Origin: a virus
Direction: 5' to 3' (one strand)
Virus record (IMG/VR): IMGVR_UViG_3300044658_000058
Coordinates: 89,293 to 153,292 of that record
DNA: 64,000 nucleotides
Part shown: one piece after another, positions 36,684 to 45,892 of the stretch
How the letters are laid out: the number at the start of each line of letters is the position of its first letter
Position numbering within the stretch: the first letter of the stretch is position 1
Made by a program: the position numbers and the translations under genes
The notes under the pieces: model-generated
Databases searched by the model: none
What the model saw: the letters and a program-made list of their open reading frames with translations, nothing else
Told to the model about the DNA's origin: nothing

Positions 36684-37166
36684 TCAGATAGATGGTTTGC
36701 AGCCTTTGCCATCGGCAAAGATACGACGCCATGGCGTTTGAGAGCCACCAAGGATCATGGGTTCCAGAATGTCGGCAATCTCGGATGGTCGAATGTTCGA
36801 ATCGTCGTTCAGAGCCACCAATGAACTATATGGGTTCTTGCGAAACCAATGGTTTGCATCATCCAAACGAAAATAGTCCGGATATTCCTTCACGACCTTG
36901 AAATGGCCAGAATGCGAGAACATTCCAAGAGCATCTTTGATGGAGTCGGGCAATGAATAGGCATCGCCTTCATACTTCCATTGTTCATTGACATCATCAA
37001 AGACCGACGCAACACCCATCACATCGCACATATGACCGAGGCAGCATCGAGCCCTTCCACGACCACGCAAAACACCTTGTGCTTTGTGCAATCCCGGTTT
37101 TCGAAGATACGCAATGATCTTCTTTCGGTTCGCTAGAATTTCATCGTCTGTGTAATCAGTTTTCAT
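36684..37166 (-). CDS. CCLG/ND-family protein
   Basis: DDEILANRKK, RCCLGHMCD, L..LNDD, IADILE. Confidence 0.8.
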   Translation of the reverse strand: MKTDYTDDEILANRKKIIAYLRKPGLHKAQGVLRGRGRARCCLGHMCDVMGVASVFDDVNEQWKYEGDAYSLPDSIKDALGMFSHSGHFKVVKEYPDYFRLDDANHWFRKNPYSSLVALNDDSNIRPSEIADILEPMILGGSQTPWRRIFADGKGCKPSI

Positions 37167-37247
37167 TCAGTTCCCTCAATCTCATATATGGGTTTGCAGA
37201 CAGGAGCTAGAAGCGTGTTTATCAGTTCCCAATGATTTGGCTATAGC

Positions 37248-37712
37248 TCATTTCTTTTCGATCCGAGTCCATGGTGAAACATGACTGTCACCATAGATAA
37301 TTCCTTCGAGGAAATGGCCGATAGCATCCGGTTGGATTGTTGAGTCATCGTTCAGATTGGCCAGCGAGTCGAAGCAGCCATTTTCATAACGAAAATAGTT
37401 GATGTAGCTGTTTTCTTCCTTGGTGTTGTCATAGAATCGACCAGCGGAGTCATTCATGCCAAGGGCAGCGACCAGAGAGTCCGGCAAATTATATTTTTCG
37501 TTATCATAGAACCACTCACCAGATGCATTTTTCTTGCCATCTAGGCCCATTGCATCACACATATGACCGAGGCAACAGCGCCCGCCAACGGAGTTGCGCA
37601 ACTGGCCTTTGGCCTTCCGAAGTTCCGGATTTTTTAGATAGTCAACGACCTTCCGGCGATTGGCCAAAATTTCATCATCAGACCAAAATTTTCCGTCTGT
37701 CAGCATGACCAT
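37248..37712 (-). CDS. CCLG/ND-family protein
   Basis: DDEILANRRK, RCCLGHMCD, LANLNDD. Confidence 0.8.
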   Translation of the reverse strand: MVMLTDGKFWSDDEILANRRKVVDYLKNPELRKAKGQLRNSVGGRCCLGHMCDAMGLDGKKNASGEWFYDNEKYNLPDSLVAALGMNDSAGRFYDNTKEENSYINYFRYENGCFDSLANLNDDSTIQPDAIGHFLEGIIYGDSHVSPWTRIEKK

Positions 37713-37907
37713 CTTTTATTCCTCCGATGTAGTCGAAGCGACTTCGATTCGCTTCCATGGTGTTCCCGGTCCACCATCGTTTTTATCGATAGGCACGTTC
37801 AAGAATTCTACCATGGGAAACCTCCGGTTACATTTTCAAAAGCATAAACACTATCATCAACAGTGTCACGCATGGAATGGTTATGAATAGAATAAGTGTC
37901 CAGTCAA

Positions 37908-38126
37908 TCAACGGCGAGTACTCACATAATATTCCATGATACCAGCAACAAGGACAATCGCCATTCCCGTTACGATACCGAGTCCCCAACCATTACCAGA
38001 ATTGTTAACGGCCATGACGGTCGAGGCACCGACCACGACACCACCAATGGTGTACATTGCATTCAATAGAATTCTCCCACGCAAGAAATTTGCGTTAATA
38101 CTTTCAGATGTGCAAAAATCCATCAT
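37908..38126 (-). CDS. two-TM membrane protein
   Basis: Hydrophobic segments. Confidence 0.6.
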   Translation of the reverse strand: MMDFCTSESINANFLRGRILLNAMYTIGGVVVGASTVMAVNNSGNGWGLGIVTGMAIVLVAGIMEYYVSTRR

Positions 38127-38492
38127 TCACCCGAAGGCACAACGACGAATCTTTGCATGAGATTGGAAGAATACGCAAAAATCTTGCGTGAACGCCGAAT
38201 CATCAGTGGATAATGGCGTCTTTTCTATAGATGGCCGAAAGAAATGTCAAGAGAAAACTTCGTTTCTCCCAAGCAAAATTGTTCCCATGCGGAGCATTTT
38301 CCAAATGCTCACAAGAACATTGCATGAGTTCGATCTAACACGCAAAGATTCGTCATTGCACCGAAGGACAGACCGTGGATTCTTGCGTGTCAGGATGATT
38401 TGTTGCAATAATTGTGAGTCCCAGATAGATCGCCACCATCAGGACGAACACAGTCTTTTCCAATCGGTTCCAAGGTCTAAGAGATTTCATAT

Positions 38493-38729
38493 CTACCACG
38501 AAACATCTTCGTTCCCCGAGGCATAGTAATATGCCGTTGTCTTCTCCCGAGGATATGTTTTGATAAGCTGAATATGGGCTTCGGCAGCTTTCTTTGTGTC
38601 AAATGATTTCACAAATTCCCATTTCTGCCCCAGATGAATGAACCATGGAAACTTTGTTCTTTGATATAGATGATGAACAACTATTTCTGGTGCCAATTCT
38701 ACTGTGACAATCTTGTATTTGTAGCTCAT
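38493..38729 (-). CDS. hypothetical protein
   Basis: AGGA RBS. Confidence 0.7.
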   Translation of the reverse strand: MSYKYKIVTVELAPEIVVHHLYQRTKFPWFIHLGQKWEFVKSFDTKKAAEAHIQLIKTYPREKTTAYYYASGNEDVSW

Positions 38730-38762
38730 TGTAACATGTTTCCTAAAGGAAGTTTTAAAACT

Positions 38763-39152
38763 TCATGGAAGTTGTGCCCGATCTATCGAAAAGTAATGAT
38801 GATAGCAACCGGATTTGTTGAACACCATTGCATAGACAAAGTTCTGATTGAGTTCATCCTGATACAAATCGATGGCAACGAATGGTTCAGAGGCATTTAG
38901 ACGGGAAGCCAAGAGCTTTAGTTCTGGTCCAGTCATAGTTTTGATATATGAAAGCTTATATTGCCGATCTTTTATGATGGCTTTCAGTTCATCAGAATGA
39001 ACACAGGCAGCATCGGTGGCATTCAATACCTTGCCGGTTGGGTATTCTGTGAATACTTTTCCCGTAGCCCGTGCAGAAGCCACCATGAAGATTAGTGCGA
39101 ATAATGCGAGAATTGCGATTGCGATCACTAGAATTTTGCCGGGTGTGGTCAT
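38763..39152 (-). CDS. secreted/membrane-anchored protein
   Basis: Signal-like N-terminus ending ASA.A, two Cys. Confidence 0.7.
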   Translation of the reverse strand: MTTPGKILVIAIAILALFALIFMVASARATGKVFTEYPTGKVLNATDAACVHSDELKAIIKDRQYKLSYIKTMTGPELKLLASRLNASEPFVAIDLYQDELNQNFVYAMVFNKSGCYHHYFSIDRAQLP

Positions 39153-39445
39153 TGTGTTCCTTTGTGTTCAGCGGATTGCGATGTTTTCTTGCAAGGATGT
39201 TGTGTTGTGTGAGTGAGTCATAGAGATTGTTTGCATGATTTTCTTAGTGAATGCAAAAATGTTCGTTCGAACGGAATCCTGTTTTTCGGCCATTTGCGAA
39301 AAATGTCACGTATTGACATGTCCCATGTCCGATACTGTCTCAATATACTAACCGGTACTAATCTATAACCAGTTGCAAATCGAAACCAGTGGGGTTCATG
39401 GGAAACCAGTTCGGTTATAGATCGTCGATATCATGGAAATGGGCA

Positions 39446-39631
39446 TCATTTGCCTTTTATGGCACCTAGCAATTCGAACCACATGGCCCATAGAGCCGTA
39501 TAGATCGCCACAGGCATATTACCATGATAAGCGGAAATTAGCGACGATACAGTGAATGCAACGATAATGATTGCACGAATAAGTTTAATTATAATGTATG
39601 CTTTGGTGTTTGTTGTGTTCATCGGTTCCAT
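39446..39631 (-). CDS. small membrane protein
   Basis: Hydrophobic; coupled to the upstream stop. Confidence 0.6.
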   Translation of the reverse strand: MEPMNTTNTKAYIIIKLIRAIIIVAFTVSSLISAYHGNMPVAIYTALWAMWFELLGAIKGK

Positions 39632-39825
39632 TAAAAGTCCCCCTGATACTCAGTTCCCGGCTTCACCAGTTCGGCTTTGCAGACCGGACAGGCCACCACC
39701 ATTTCGGAACCACAATCGCCCTTTCTCCAATCCTTCTCTTCAATTTCGAGGACGGATTTACAGAGGTGACATGTCAGTTCAAGCGGTGCATATTGTGGTA
39801 ATGGAGAATGGACTTTGATTTTCAT
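39631..39825 (-). CDS. small zinc-ribbon protein
   Basis: CHLC...CPVC. Confidence 0.7.
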   Translation of the reverse strand: MKIKVHSPLPQYAPLELTCHLCKSVLEIEEKDWRKGDCGSEMVVACPVCKAELVKPGTEYQGDF

Positions 39826-39831
39826 TTTTTA

Positions 39832-40076
39832 GGATCAATCCTTTGATCATAATTCATTTCAATGGCGATATATCGAAACAGTCGATTTGACTTTCTGAAA
39901 AGACTTCATGCGGACCATGCCACAAGCCCGTGTAATGATACTTTGCCAGTATGCGAGTCTTGGCATTGATGCAGGCATCCATGGAGTCCATTGGAACAAT
40001 CGTCGGAACCGTATTGCCGCCATAGGTATAGGTGAAAATGATAAGTAAAACTTTGATCATGGGATCAATCCTTTGA
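39832..40076. repeat. 15-bp direct repeat flanking one gene
   Basis: GGATCAATCCTTTGA at 39832-39846 and 40062-40076 (RBS module on the minus strand). Confidence 0.8.
39854..40060 (-). CDS. small two-Cys membrane/secreted protein
   Basis: VLLIIFTY..MDSMDAC..DCF. Confidence 0.65.
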   Translation of the reverse strand: MIKVLLIIFTYTYGGNTVPTIVPMDSMDACINAKTRILAKYHYTGLWHGPHEVFSESQIDCFDISPLK

Positions 40077-40084
40077 CCTGATTG

Positions 40085-40588
40085 TTATGACTTCAAATTG
40101 TCCGGTAGCGGTTTAACGTCCCAATCTGATGGAGCCGCAAACGGTTCTGGATTGGTGCGTGGTGGCATATTTTCGGGTTTCATCTCGGGAATAATTAACC
40201 CATTGATTACTGCGAAATTGGCCAGAAGCGTTTTCATCTTCTCCGGATCGTCTTCAATTCCAATGCTTCCGTCTGTGTAAATCGTTGCCTTGTCATGGCA
40301 ATCCTGTAATTCGGCAAGTTTCGTTTTCGAAATATTCTGGAAAAGTTTCTTCCATCCTTTAGCACAGTCTAGTGCAGACCAAAACGGAATTGAGTTGACT
40401 TCCGGATCATACAATTCATCAGGTATCAGATGGCCCACGGCACATTTCTTTCCATCAGAGGCACGATAAAGACATGATGAGCCATAGCGACCCATGCCAA
40501 ATGAGCGGGTAAATCCTTGTGCAGCAAGCCCGAGATAGGCTTTGGTGAATGCCTCTTGTAGGTCTTTGTACGGAACAATTTCGTTCAT
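40085..40588 (-). CDS. KCAIGH/CHD-family protein
   Basis: LQEAF.KAY.GL, CLYR, KCAVGH.IPD, LQDCHD; start moved to ATG 40588. Confidence 0.8.
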   Translation of the reverse strand: MNEIVPYKDLQEAFTKAYLGLAAQGFTRSFGMGRYGSSCLYRASDGKKCAVGHLIPDELYDPEVNSIPFWSALDCAKGWKKLFQNISKTKLAELQDCHDKATIYTDGSIGIEDDPEKMKTLLANFAVINGLIIPEMKPENMPPRTNPEPFAAPSDWDVKPLPDNLKS

Positions 40589-40589
40589 T

Positions 40590-40943
40590 TTATTTTCCAA
40601 ATATTTTGGGTTGAAAGTTTTCATAGTTTCGAATGCGCTTTTCTTGCGCACGTTGTTCTGCTTGCTCTTGTTCACTCCGGATGATGGAATCCCCGAGGAA
40701 GAACGCCAGAAGCACGACAAGCGCTGCAATCATAACCCAGATAATGACCAGCGGATGCAGTGCGATATAGGGAAAGCCGGTTGTGACCAGCCATTGCCAG
40801 AGCAAAACCATAATCTGGAAAAGCCAGACAACGAGAAAAGCAAATGCGCACAAGGCAAAGGCGAAAAGAGTAAGAACAACAAGCCCGAGGAAAATGCGCT
40901 TGTTCACATCTTCAAAGCTTAGATTTTGATCACGAAATTTCAA
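40590..40943 (-). CDS. membrane protein
   Basis: Long hydrophobic segments. Confidence 0.7.
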   Translation of the reverse strand: MKFRDQNLSFEDVNKRIFLGLVVLTLFAFALCAFAFLVVWLFQIMVLLWQWLVTTGFPYIALHPLVIIWVMIAALVVLLAFFLGDSIIRSEQEQAEQRAQEKRIRNYENFQPKIFGK

Positions 40944-41557
40944 TGGGATTCACCTTCCTCCGGTTCCCAATCAAACCAGCGGTTGACGCTTCTCTTTTCA
41001 CCAAACGCCTTTTCAAGTTCCCATTGTTCGGCGGCCGTCAGTCCGTCGATGGCTTCGATGTCCTCTTGCGTGAACATATCGCCAGCCGTGCCTATGGAAA
41101 TGTCATCAGTCGGATCGAGAATGGCGTTGATCGGCTTGCCATGACCCTTGAACGTTTGTCTCAGGTCTTCCCGCTCTTGTTCAAGGCGCTGATTGTCGAT
41201 TACGTCATTTGCATAGATCGAGCTTTGCCGTTCGAATTCGCCCGGATAGAACCAAATCTTTTTCATGGCGTCTCTCTCATAGTAATCCTGTGTCAATTTT
41301 CGGATGTATGGGGATAGCCCTGCTATCCTTTCCGATGGCTGATTGAATGCCTCTCTTTCCCACACAGAAGGCCGTAGGAGAGCGTTTCCGAGTTTGTAGG
41401 ACAGGACCAGCACCCAAGATAAAATAGCGCTTAAAATGAGCGCAATTCCGATGTAGGGTACAAGGTAAAGCAGAGCGAAACAGACAGCGCCCGCCGATAT
41501 GATCAGGAGCCCGAGCCCGAGACTTGTAAAGAAATGGCGATCAAGCGGCGGCATCAA
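40940..41557 (-). CDS. membrane protein with acidic C-terminus
   Basis: Two N-terminal TM segments. Confidence 0.65.
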   Translation of the reverse strand: MMPPLDRHFFTSLGLGLLIISAGAVCFALLYLVPYIGIALILSAILSWVLVLSYKLGNALLRPSVWEREAFNQPSERIAGLSPYIRKLTQDYYERDAMKKIWFYPGEFERQSSIYANDVIDNQRLEQEREDLRQTFKGHGKPINAILDPTDDISIGTAGDMFTQEDIEAIDGLTAAEQWELEKAFGEKRSVNRWFDWEPEEGESH

Positions 41558-41788
41558 TCAGTCCTTTGGTGGATGCAGAATGTTCAAAACATTCATGACA
41601 CCAAACATTGTGGTGTGTTGTTGCGAAGTCATGGGTATTGAATGTGCTAGTCTCGCAAGACTGATAAGAGCTTCACGAACGGCAAACAGTTGTGCCGGTG
41701 AAAGCTGCTTTATGTGTTCGGCAACGATGGCGACTCGCTTGTCATGTGAAAGCAAATAACCTTGGCCGTTTTGATCATCGATATCCAT
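41558..41788 (-). CDS. hypothetical protein
   Basis: Operon packing. Confidence 0.65.
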   Translation of the reverse strand: MDIDDQNGQGYLLSHDKRVAIVAEHIKQLSPAQLFAVREALISLARLAHSIPMTSQQHTTMFGVMNVLNILHPPKD

Positions 41789-41791
41789 TGT

Positions 41792-42025
41792 TCAATGCTT
41801 CGTTGGCGTGTCGAATTCGCCCGTGTAATAGAGCGAGTTTTGCATATAGGCACGTTGTTCCAGTTCATCGACTCTTCGTTGAACAGCGTCGAGCATGATA
41901 CGAGTCCGCATGAGATTGATCGCAGCTTGTAAATCTGTCCGTCTCTTGCCGAACACGGTCCCGGCAGCAAAGCCTATCGAGCAACCAACACAAAGCATCA
42001 GAAACGACATGTCACGATTCCTCAT
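41792..42025 (-). CDS. membrane-anchored coiled-coil protein
   Basis: N-terminal TM. Confidence 0.6.
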   Translation of the reverse strand: MRNRDMSFLMLCVGCSIGFAAGTVFGKRRTDLQAAINLMRTRIMLDAVQRRVDELEQRAYMQNSLYYTGEFDTPTKH

Positions 42026-42446
42026 TTTTCAGACCCATATCCGGCGTTACACCGCCAAGCGCAAAGTCGATATCATTGTCCATTACTTTGATATCGTCGG
42101 CATCCAACTCGGGTTCGAACGAGGTTGTATCGACATCGATCACATCGCCCGTAAAGTTCGTGCCAAAGAAAGTGGCTTCGGTTCGTTCAAGCTCTTTCAA
42201 GCCCTTTTCAATATCAATTGAGCGGTTCGGATTGATGTAACATTCGCCCGTCAGTTCCGCATGGCGCAATCGATAGAATTCGATCAAGGCAATTTCCTTG
42301 GTACGAAATGGGCCGTGATGGAGCCCGGTTGTCGATGGAAAATACCAATCGCCTTCTGGCGTTCCTCGCAACATCAGCAATTCGGTGTGAACCATCGGCA
42401 AATCGATTTCTTCGATTTCACCTTGTTCATTTGTGCGATACGCCAT
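42012..42446 (-). CDS. hypothetical acidic protein
   Basis: AGGA RBS. Confidence 0.7.
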   Translation of the reverse strand: MAYRTNEQGEIEEIDLPMVHTELLMLRGTPEGDWYFPSTTGLHHGPFRTKEIALIEFYRLRHAELTGECYINPNRSIDIEKGLKELERTEATFFGTNFTGDVIDVDTTSFEPELDADDIKVMDNDIDFALGGVTPDMGLKNEES

Positions 42447-42534
42447 GGGCCATACATCCTATTTTTTCAGCTTGTTCACATTCGTCGCTCAATGAGCCAA
42501 AGCGCCTTCGACAATTCACCCCAAGTGCTTGATT

Positions 42535-42822
42535 TTAAAAGCGCATGTTCGAGTCGTGGCGGTTTTGAATCCCGTCCACAATATACACTCTCATGCTATC
42601 CTTTGTCAAAAAATATGACCAGCGAGCTTGGCCGAATCTTTTCTTACCAAACTTGGCCTTGGCAAATTGTGCAATCGGACAATTTTGCGTGTCATCCGGA
42701 TCATATAATTCGTCCCTTGGTTGTTCTTTCACGAATGCACGAAAGCGTGACCAAATGGTGTTCGGATGGTTAGGCGCATTGTCCGTCTTAGGATCAATCG
42801 TCTCTGTTGTCGAAAGCATCAT
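42535..42822 (-). CDS. CALTQF-family-related protein
   Basis: FRAFVKEQP...YD...NCPIAQF. Confidence 0.6.
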   Translation of the reverse strand: MMLSTTETIDPKTDNAPNHPNTIWSRFRAFVKEQPRDELYDPDDTQNCPIAQFAKAKFGKKRFGQARWSYFLTKDSMRVYIVDGIQNRHDSNMRF

Positions 42823-43054
42823 TGTAATTCCGTTCATTTTTGATTGCAGACGGAAGCGGTTTAGACCAAAAACGAGAGTCAAGTAGTTTGGTAATCCATG
42901 TCGCCAATAGCGCAAAGAAGCCGAGCAATGAACCAAGAACGATAGCGCCTATGGCATCTCCATATGTTCTTGGTTTCATCCAATACCAGATGCACCATAC
43001 CCCCGATACGGAATGTGCAGCGACTAGAAGAACAATCGGACCAATTTCCATCAT
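42794..43054 (-). CDS. membrane protein
   Basis: Two hydrophobic segments. Confidence 0.6.
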   Translation of the reverse strand: MMEIGPIVLLVAAHSVSGVWCIWYWMKPRTYGDAIGAIVLGSLLGFFALLATWITKLLDSRFWSKPLPSAIKNERNYNDAFDNRDD

Positions 43055-43356
43055 TGGAATGTCTCTTCTATCCAGTCGGCAATCATCGGAAATGTCGAAC
43101 CGGAATCATTCATGCGAACAATGTGACCTAAATCCAACAAATTCCACCCATAGTAATCCATCGATTGGCCACGAACGCCAGCTAGTGTTTTGAGATGCCA
43201 AGCAAGTCCGGATGCACAATAACAAATCGTGTCGTTTTCTTCATCGTACCATTCCGAAACATAGAATGTTTGCGTGTATTCTCCGCTTCTAAGAGCTTCG
43301 ATGAGAGTTTGCCGATGTTTCTTTTGTTCTTCGGCAGTGAAAATTGTGTCACTCAT
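43051..43356 (-). CDS. CCLG/ND-family protein
   Basis: ALRSGEY.Q, CYCASG, MND.G.TF..IAD.IE. Confidence 0.75.
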   Translation of the reverse strand: MSDTIFTAEEQKKHRQTLIEALRSGEYTQTFYVSEWYDEENDTICYCASGLAWHLKTLAGVRGQSMDYYGWNLLDLGHIVRMNDSGSTFPMIADWIEETFQ

Positions 43357-43711
43357 TAGGTGTATTTACATCTTTCTTAAAATTTTGATCGAGCCATACC
43401 CAAGGCGAGCCCGGCGACTTTGAAAGTAACTCACATTTCCATTGGGGTTCATGCGCCATACATTTTATCATCCATTTGAGATTGTCATTCTCATTGGACA
43501 GAGCAATCTCTTTTTCTGTAGGCGTTCCCGACATAATAGCAGAAAGCATTATGACGGTAACGAACAAATAACCAAACAGAATAAGCGAAATGAATTTATG
43601 TTTTGATCCAAAGCCTTCGATAAAATCAATAAGTATCGTCTCAAACATATTCCCCGATACGAGGTTTCTTTCTTGCTGGCTTGAGTCGGGCATCTTCGGT
43701 TTCCTGTACAT
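43349..43711 (-). CDS. membrane-anchored protein
   Basis: TM helix; start probably near 43648. Confidence 0.6.
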   Translation of the reverse strand: MYRKPKMPDSSQQERNLVSGNMFETILIDFIEGFGSKHKFISLILFGYLFVTVIMLSAIMSGTPTEKEIALSNENDNLKWMIKCMAHEPQWKCELLSKSPGSPWVWLDQNFKKDVNTPNE

Positions 43712-44117
43712 TGGTTAAGAACAAACGTCTTGGTTCACGGCGAATGATGCCAGCTATCTTGTTGAAGTTGAAACCGGCAGCATCATTGTCATACAGAATG
43801 GAGCGGTTCTCTTGCCGCTCCACATCAATATAATTGCCTTGCGATGATTGCAGACCTACCCACTTGCAAGCCTGCAATGAAATGTAGTCGAAAGACATAG
43901 AGCGAACGGCATAGAATTCGCTTTGATTGTCGCCTTGTTCGAATTCGCCACCAGACAGAAGCTCTAGAACGCCCATTGCGCAATAAAGCTTTCGCCCATT
44001 GATCAGTTTGCAGAGCGCACCAACACCTTTCCGAAATTTTCCGGATTCGAGAGCTTGCGCCCATTTTTCCCGATTTGCCTTTTGTTCGGCAAATGACAAT
44101 TCCCGTCTATCGACCAT
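43641..44117 (-). CDS. CCLG/ND-family protein
   Basis: ANREKW..ALESG, YCAMGV, DND..F.F..IA.II. Confidence 0.75.
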   Translation of the reverse strand: MVDRRELSFAEQKANREKWAQALESGKFRKGVGALCKLINGRKLYCAMGVLELLSGGEFEQGDNQSEFYAVRSMSFDYISLQACKWVGLQSSQGNYIDVERQENRSILYDNDAAGFNFNKIAGIIRREPRRLFLTNVQETEDARLKPARKKPRIGEYV

Positions 44118-44127
44118 GGTTGCCTCA

Positions 44128-44391
44128 CTAAAGCCAGATGACAGGTGTGTGTTGCTGATACTGCCCGAGCTTGCGCAAATGGTCTACCGCAGTCAAAGCA
44201 CAGTTGGCGGTCCTTAGAACACCATCAAATGCAATGAAGGAAACAGGCGGTAACACGCCATCTTTGCAGAGCCCGTCGATAGAGCCTCTATGTTGATCTT
44301 CTATGGCCGTTAGAATTCCTCGCTTTGCACAATCGGCTAGATATTGTGCCATGGTCATTTTCTCGACATTGCCGCCGCTCATGTCATTCAT
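44128..44391 (-). CDS. hypothetical protein
   Basis: GGAG RBS. Confidence 0.65.
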   Translation of the reverse strand: MNDMSGGNVEKMTMAQYLADCAKRGILTAIEDQHRGSIDGLCKDGVLPPVSFIAFDGVLRTANCALTAVDHLRKLGQYQQHTPVIWL

Positions 44392-44394
44392 CGA

Positions 44395-44823
44395 TCACTC
44401 CGGTTTCTTGGTTAGAAGTTCCTTCAAATTGCTTCCCAATGTGCCGTCTGGTGACATGTAACGATCAAGCACCGGCTTGGGTACAGAGGCAAAATTTTCC
44501 CGCACATTTTCATGACACTTTTGTAGTGTCGCCAATACTTCTGGCGAAATATCAACCGAATTGCTCCAATGGCCATCAATTTTGCCGTCTTGGTGCACGG
44601 TCAATTGGGTATTCAACATGCTGTTACAGGCTTGGATTGCCTGAACGAAATCCGGCGTTGAAAAATATGTTTTGGTGCAGGACGCAAGCTGAAAAAAGCA
44701 AAATGCACCAACGCCAGCGAGAGCGGCATAAAAACACATTTTGTTGATCGGAATGTCGTCCGAACGCTTGGACGTATCGAGCATTGGTGAAGCTTCTCTA
44801 TTTTCGTAAAAATTTCGTGGCAT
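44395..44823 (-). CDS. membrane-anchored or lipoprotein-like protein
   Basis: Hydrophobic segment ending LASC. Confidence 0.6.
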   Translation of the reverse strand: MPRNFYENREASPMLDTSKRSDDIPINKMCFYAALAGVGAFCFFQLASCTKTYFSTPDFVQAIQACNSMLNTQLTVHQDGKIDGHWSNSVDISPEVLATLQKCHENVRENFASVPKPVLDRYMSPDGTLGSNLKELLTKKPE

Positions 44824-44845
44824 TGTTCATACTTTTGGCAGAATG

Positions 44846-45346
44846 TCAAGCCACTAAAGGAATAGAATCGATAAAATCAATTTCCTCTTTGGTCAATTTT
44901 TCCAGATTGTCGATTGTTCCATGGAAGAACGTATCTTCCGCAATTTCCAACCCATCAACAAACCAATAACCTACTAGCTCTTGGTTTCGAACGCCACGAA
45001 ATGGACTGATATTATACATGTTATGGCTTCCATCGACATGATCGCATTGTTCTTGCGTCATCACATAGCAACCATAGACATGAACGCCGTTTAAATCACG
45101 ACATACCGAAAGGTATTCGTCGCCATTGGTGAGCGTGAACTGGAATTTTTCCCATTCACCAATCGATTCTATTAGGTCTTCTAGCCACGTGAAATAGCAG
45201 CGCCGACCATCCACCACGCAATGGCCATTGTATACGATGCCGTCCCAATAGAACAGTGTCTTACGGTCTTGTGGAATTTCGATGTGTGGTTGGAAATCAG
45301 CCCGAGTTTTCTCTGATACTTTGGCTCTAATCTTGTCTTTTCGCAT
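44846..45346 (-). CDS. hypothetical protein (YWDG...G.C.VDG)
   Basis: Start moved to ATG 45346. Confidence 0.65.
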   Translation of the reverse strand: MRKDKIRAKVSEKTRADFQPHIEIPQDRKTLFYWDGIVYNGHCVVDGRRCYFTWLEDLIESIGEWEKFQFTLTNGDEYLSVCRDLNGVHVYGCYVMTQEQCDHVDGSHNMYNISPFRGVRNQELVGYWFVDGLEIAEDTFFHGTIDNLEKLTKEEIDFIDSIPLVA

Positions 45347-45680
45347 TTTTCGTCCCGAGCTTGTATTTCTTAAGGAATTTTTTGCATTCCTTGACATGAT
45401 CTTTGACGATTTGGGCGACCGCCAGAGCATCGCCCGAGTCGCTTTCTTCAACATCCATCGTAAAGAATATCGAAGGTCCAAAATGACCGTTGAATTCGAT
45501 TTGAGATATACCCGGAAGCTTGGTAAGCTTTTGTTCCAAGTCGTCTGGAATATCCTTGTAGTGGTTCGAATTCAGGTTCTCACAATCTGTGATGGCGAGA
45601 AAATCATCGTCATCTTCCAGATCGATTGCGCAATTGAATGATGAAATGCGACACTTCATTTTCATGCGTTGTCCAGCCAT
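45327..45680 (-). CDS. hypothetical protein (FNGHFGPSIFF)
   Basis: Operon packing. Confidence 0.7.
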   Translation of the reverse strand: MAGQRMKMKCRISSFNCAIDLEDDDDFLAITDCENLNSNHYKDIPDDLEQKLTKLPGISQIEFNGHFGPSIFFTMDVEESDSGDALAVAQIVKDHVKECKKFLKKYKLGTKNAKRQD

Positions 45681-45892
45681 TGGTTAAGCGCCTCAACCAA
45701 TGTGTTGAACAGCCGCTTCGTTTCGTTGTCTTTGGCCACCATTTCGTAACCGGCTAGGCGATCAACGATAGATTGGACATAGTACGTGTCCAGTCGCACC
45801 ATCGCTAACACGCAATGATGCATCATTTCGCCAACTGTAACCGCTTCAATCAGTTGGCGATCATTTGGCCACTCTGGATATTTTTCACTCAT
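45662..45892 (-). CDS. hypothetical protein
   Basis: ATGA-coupled. Confidence 0.65.
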   Translation of the reverse strand: MSEKYPEWPNDRQLIEAVTVGEMMHHCVLAMVRLDTYYVQSIVDRLAGYEMVAKDNETKRLFNTLVEALNQWLDNA

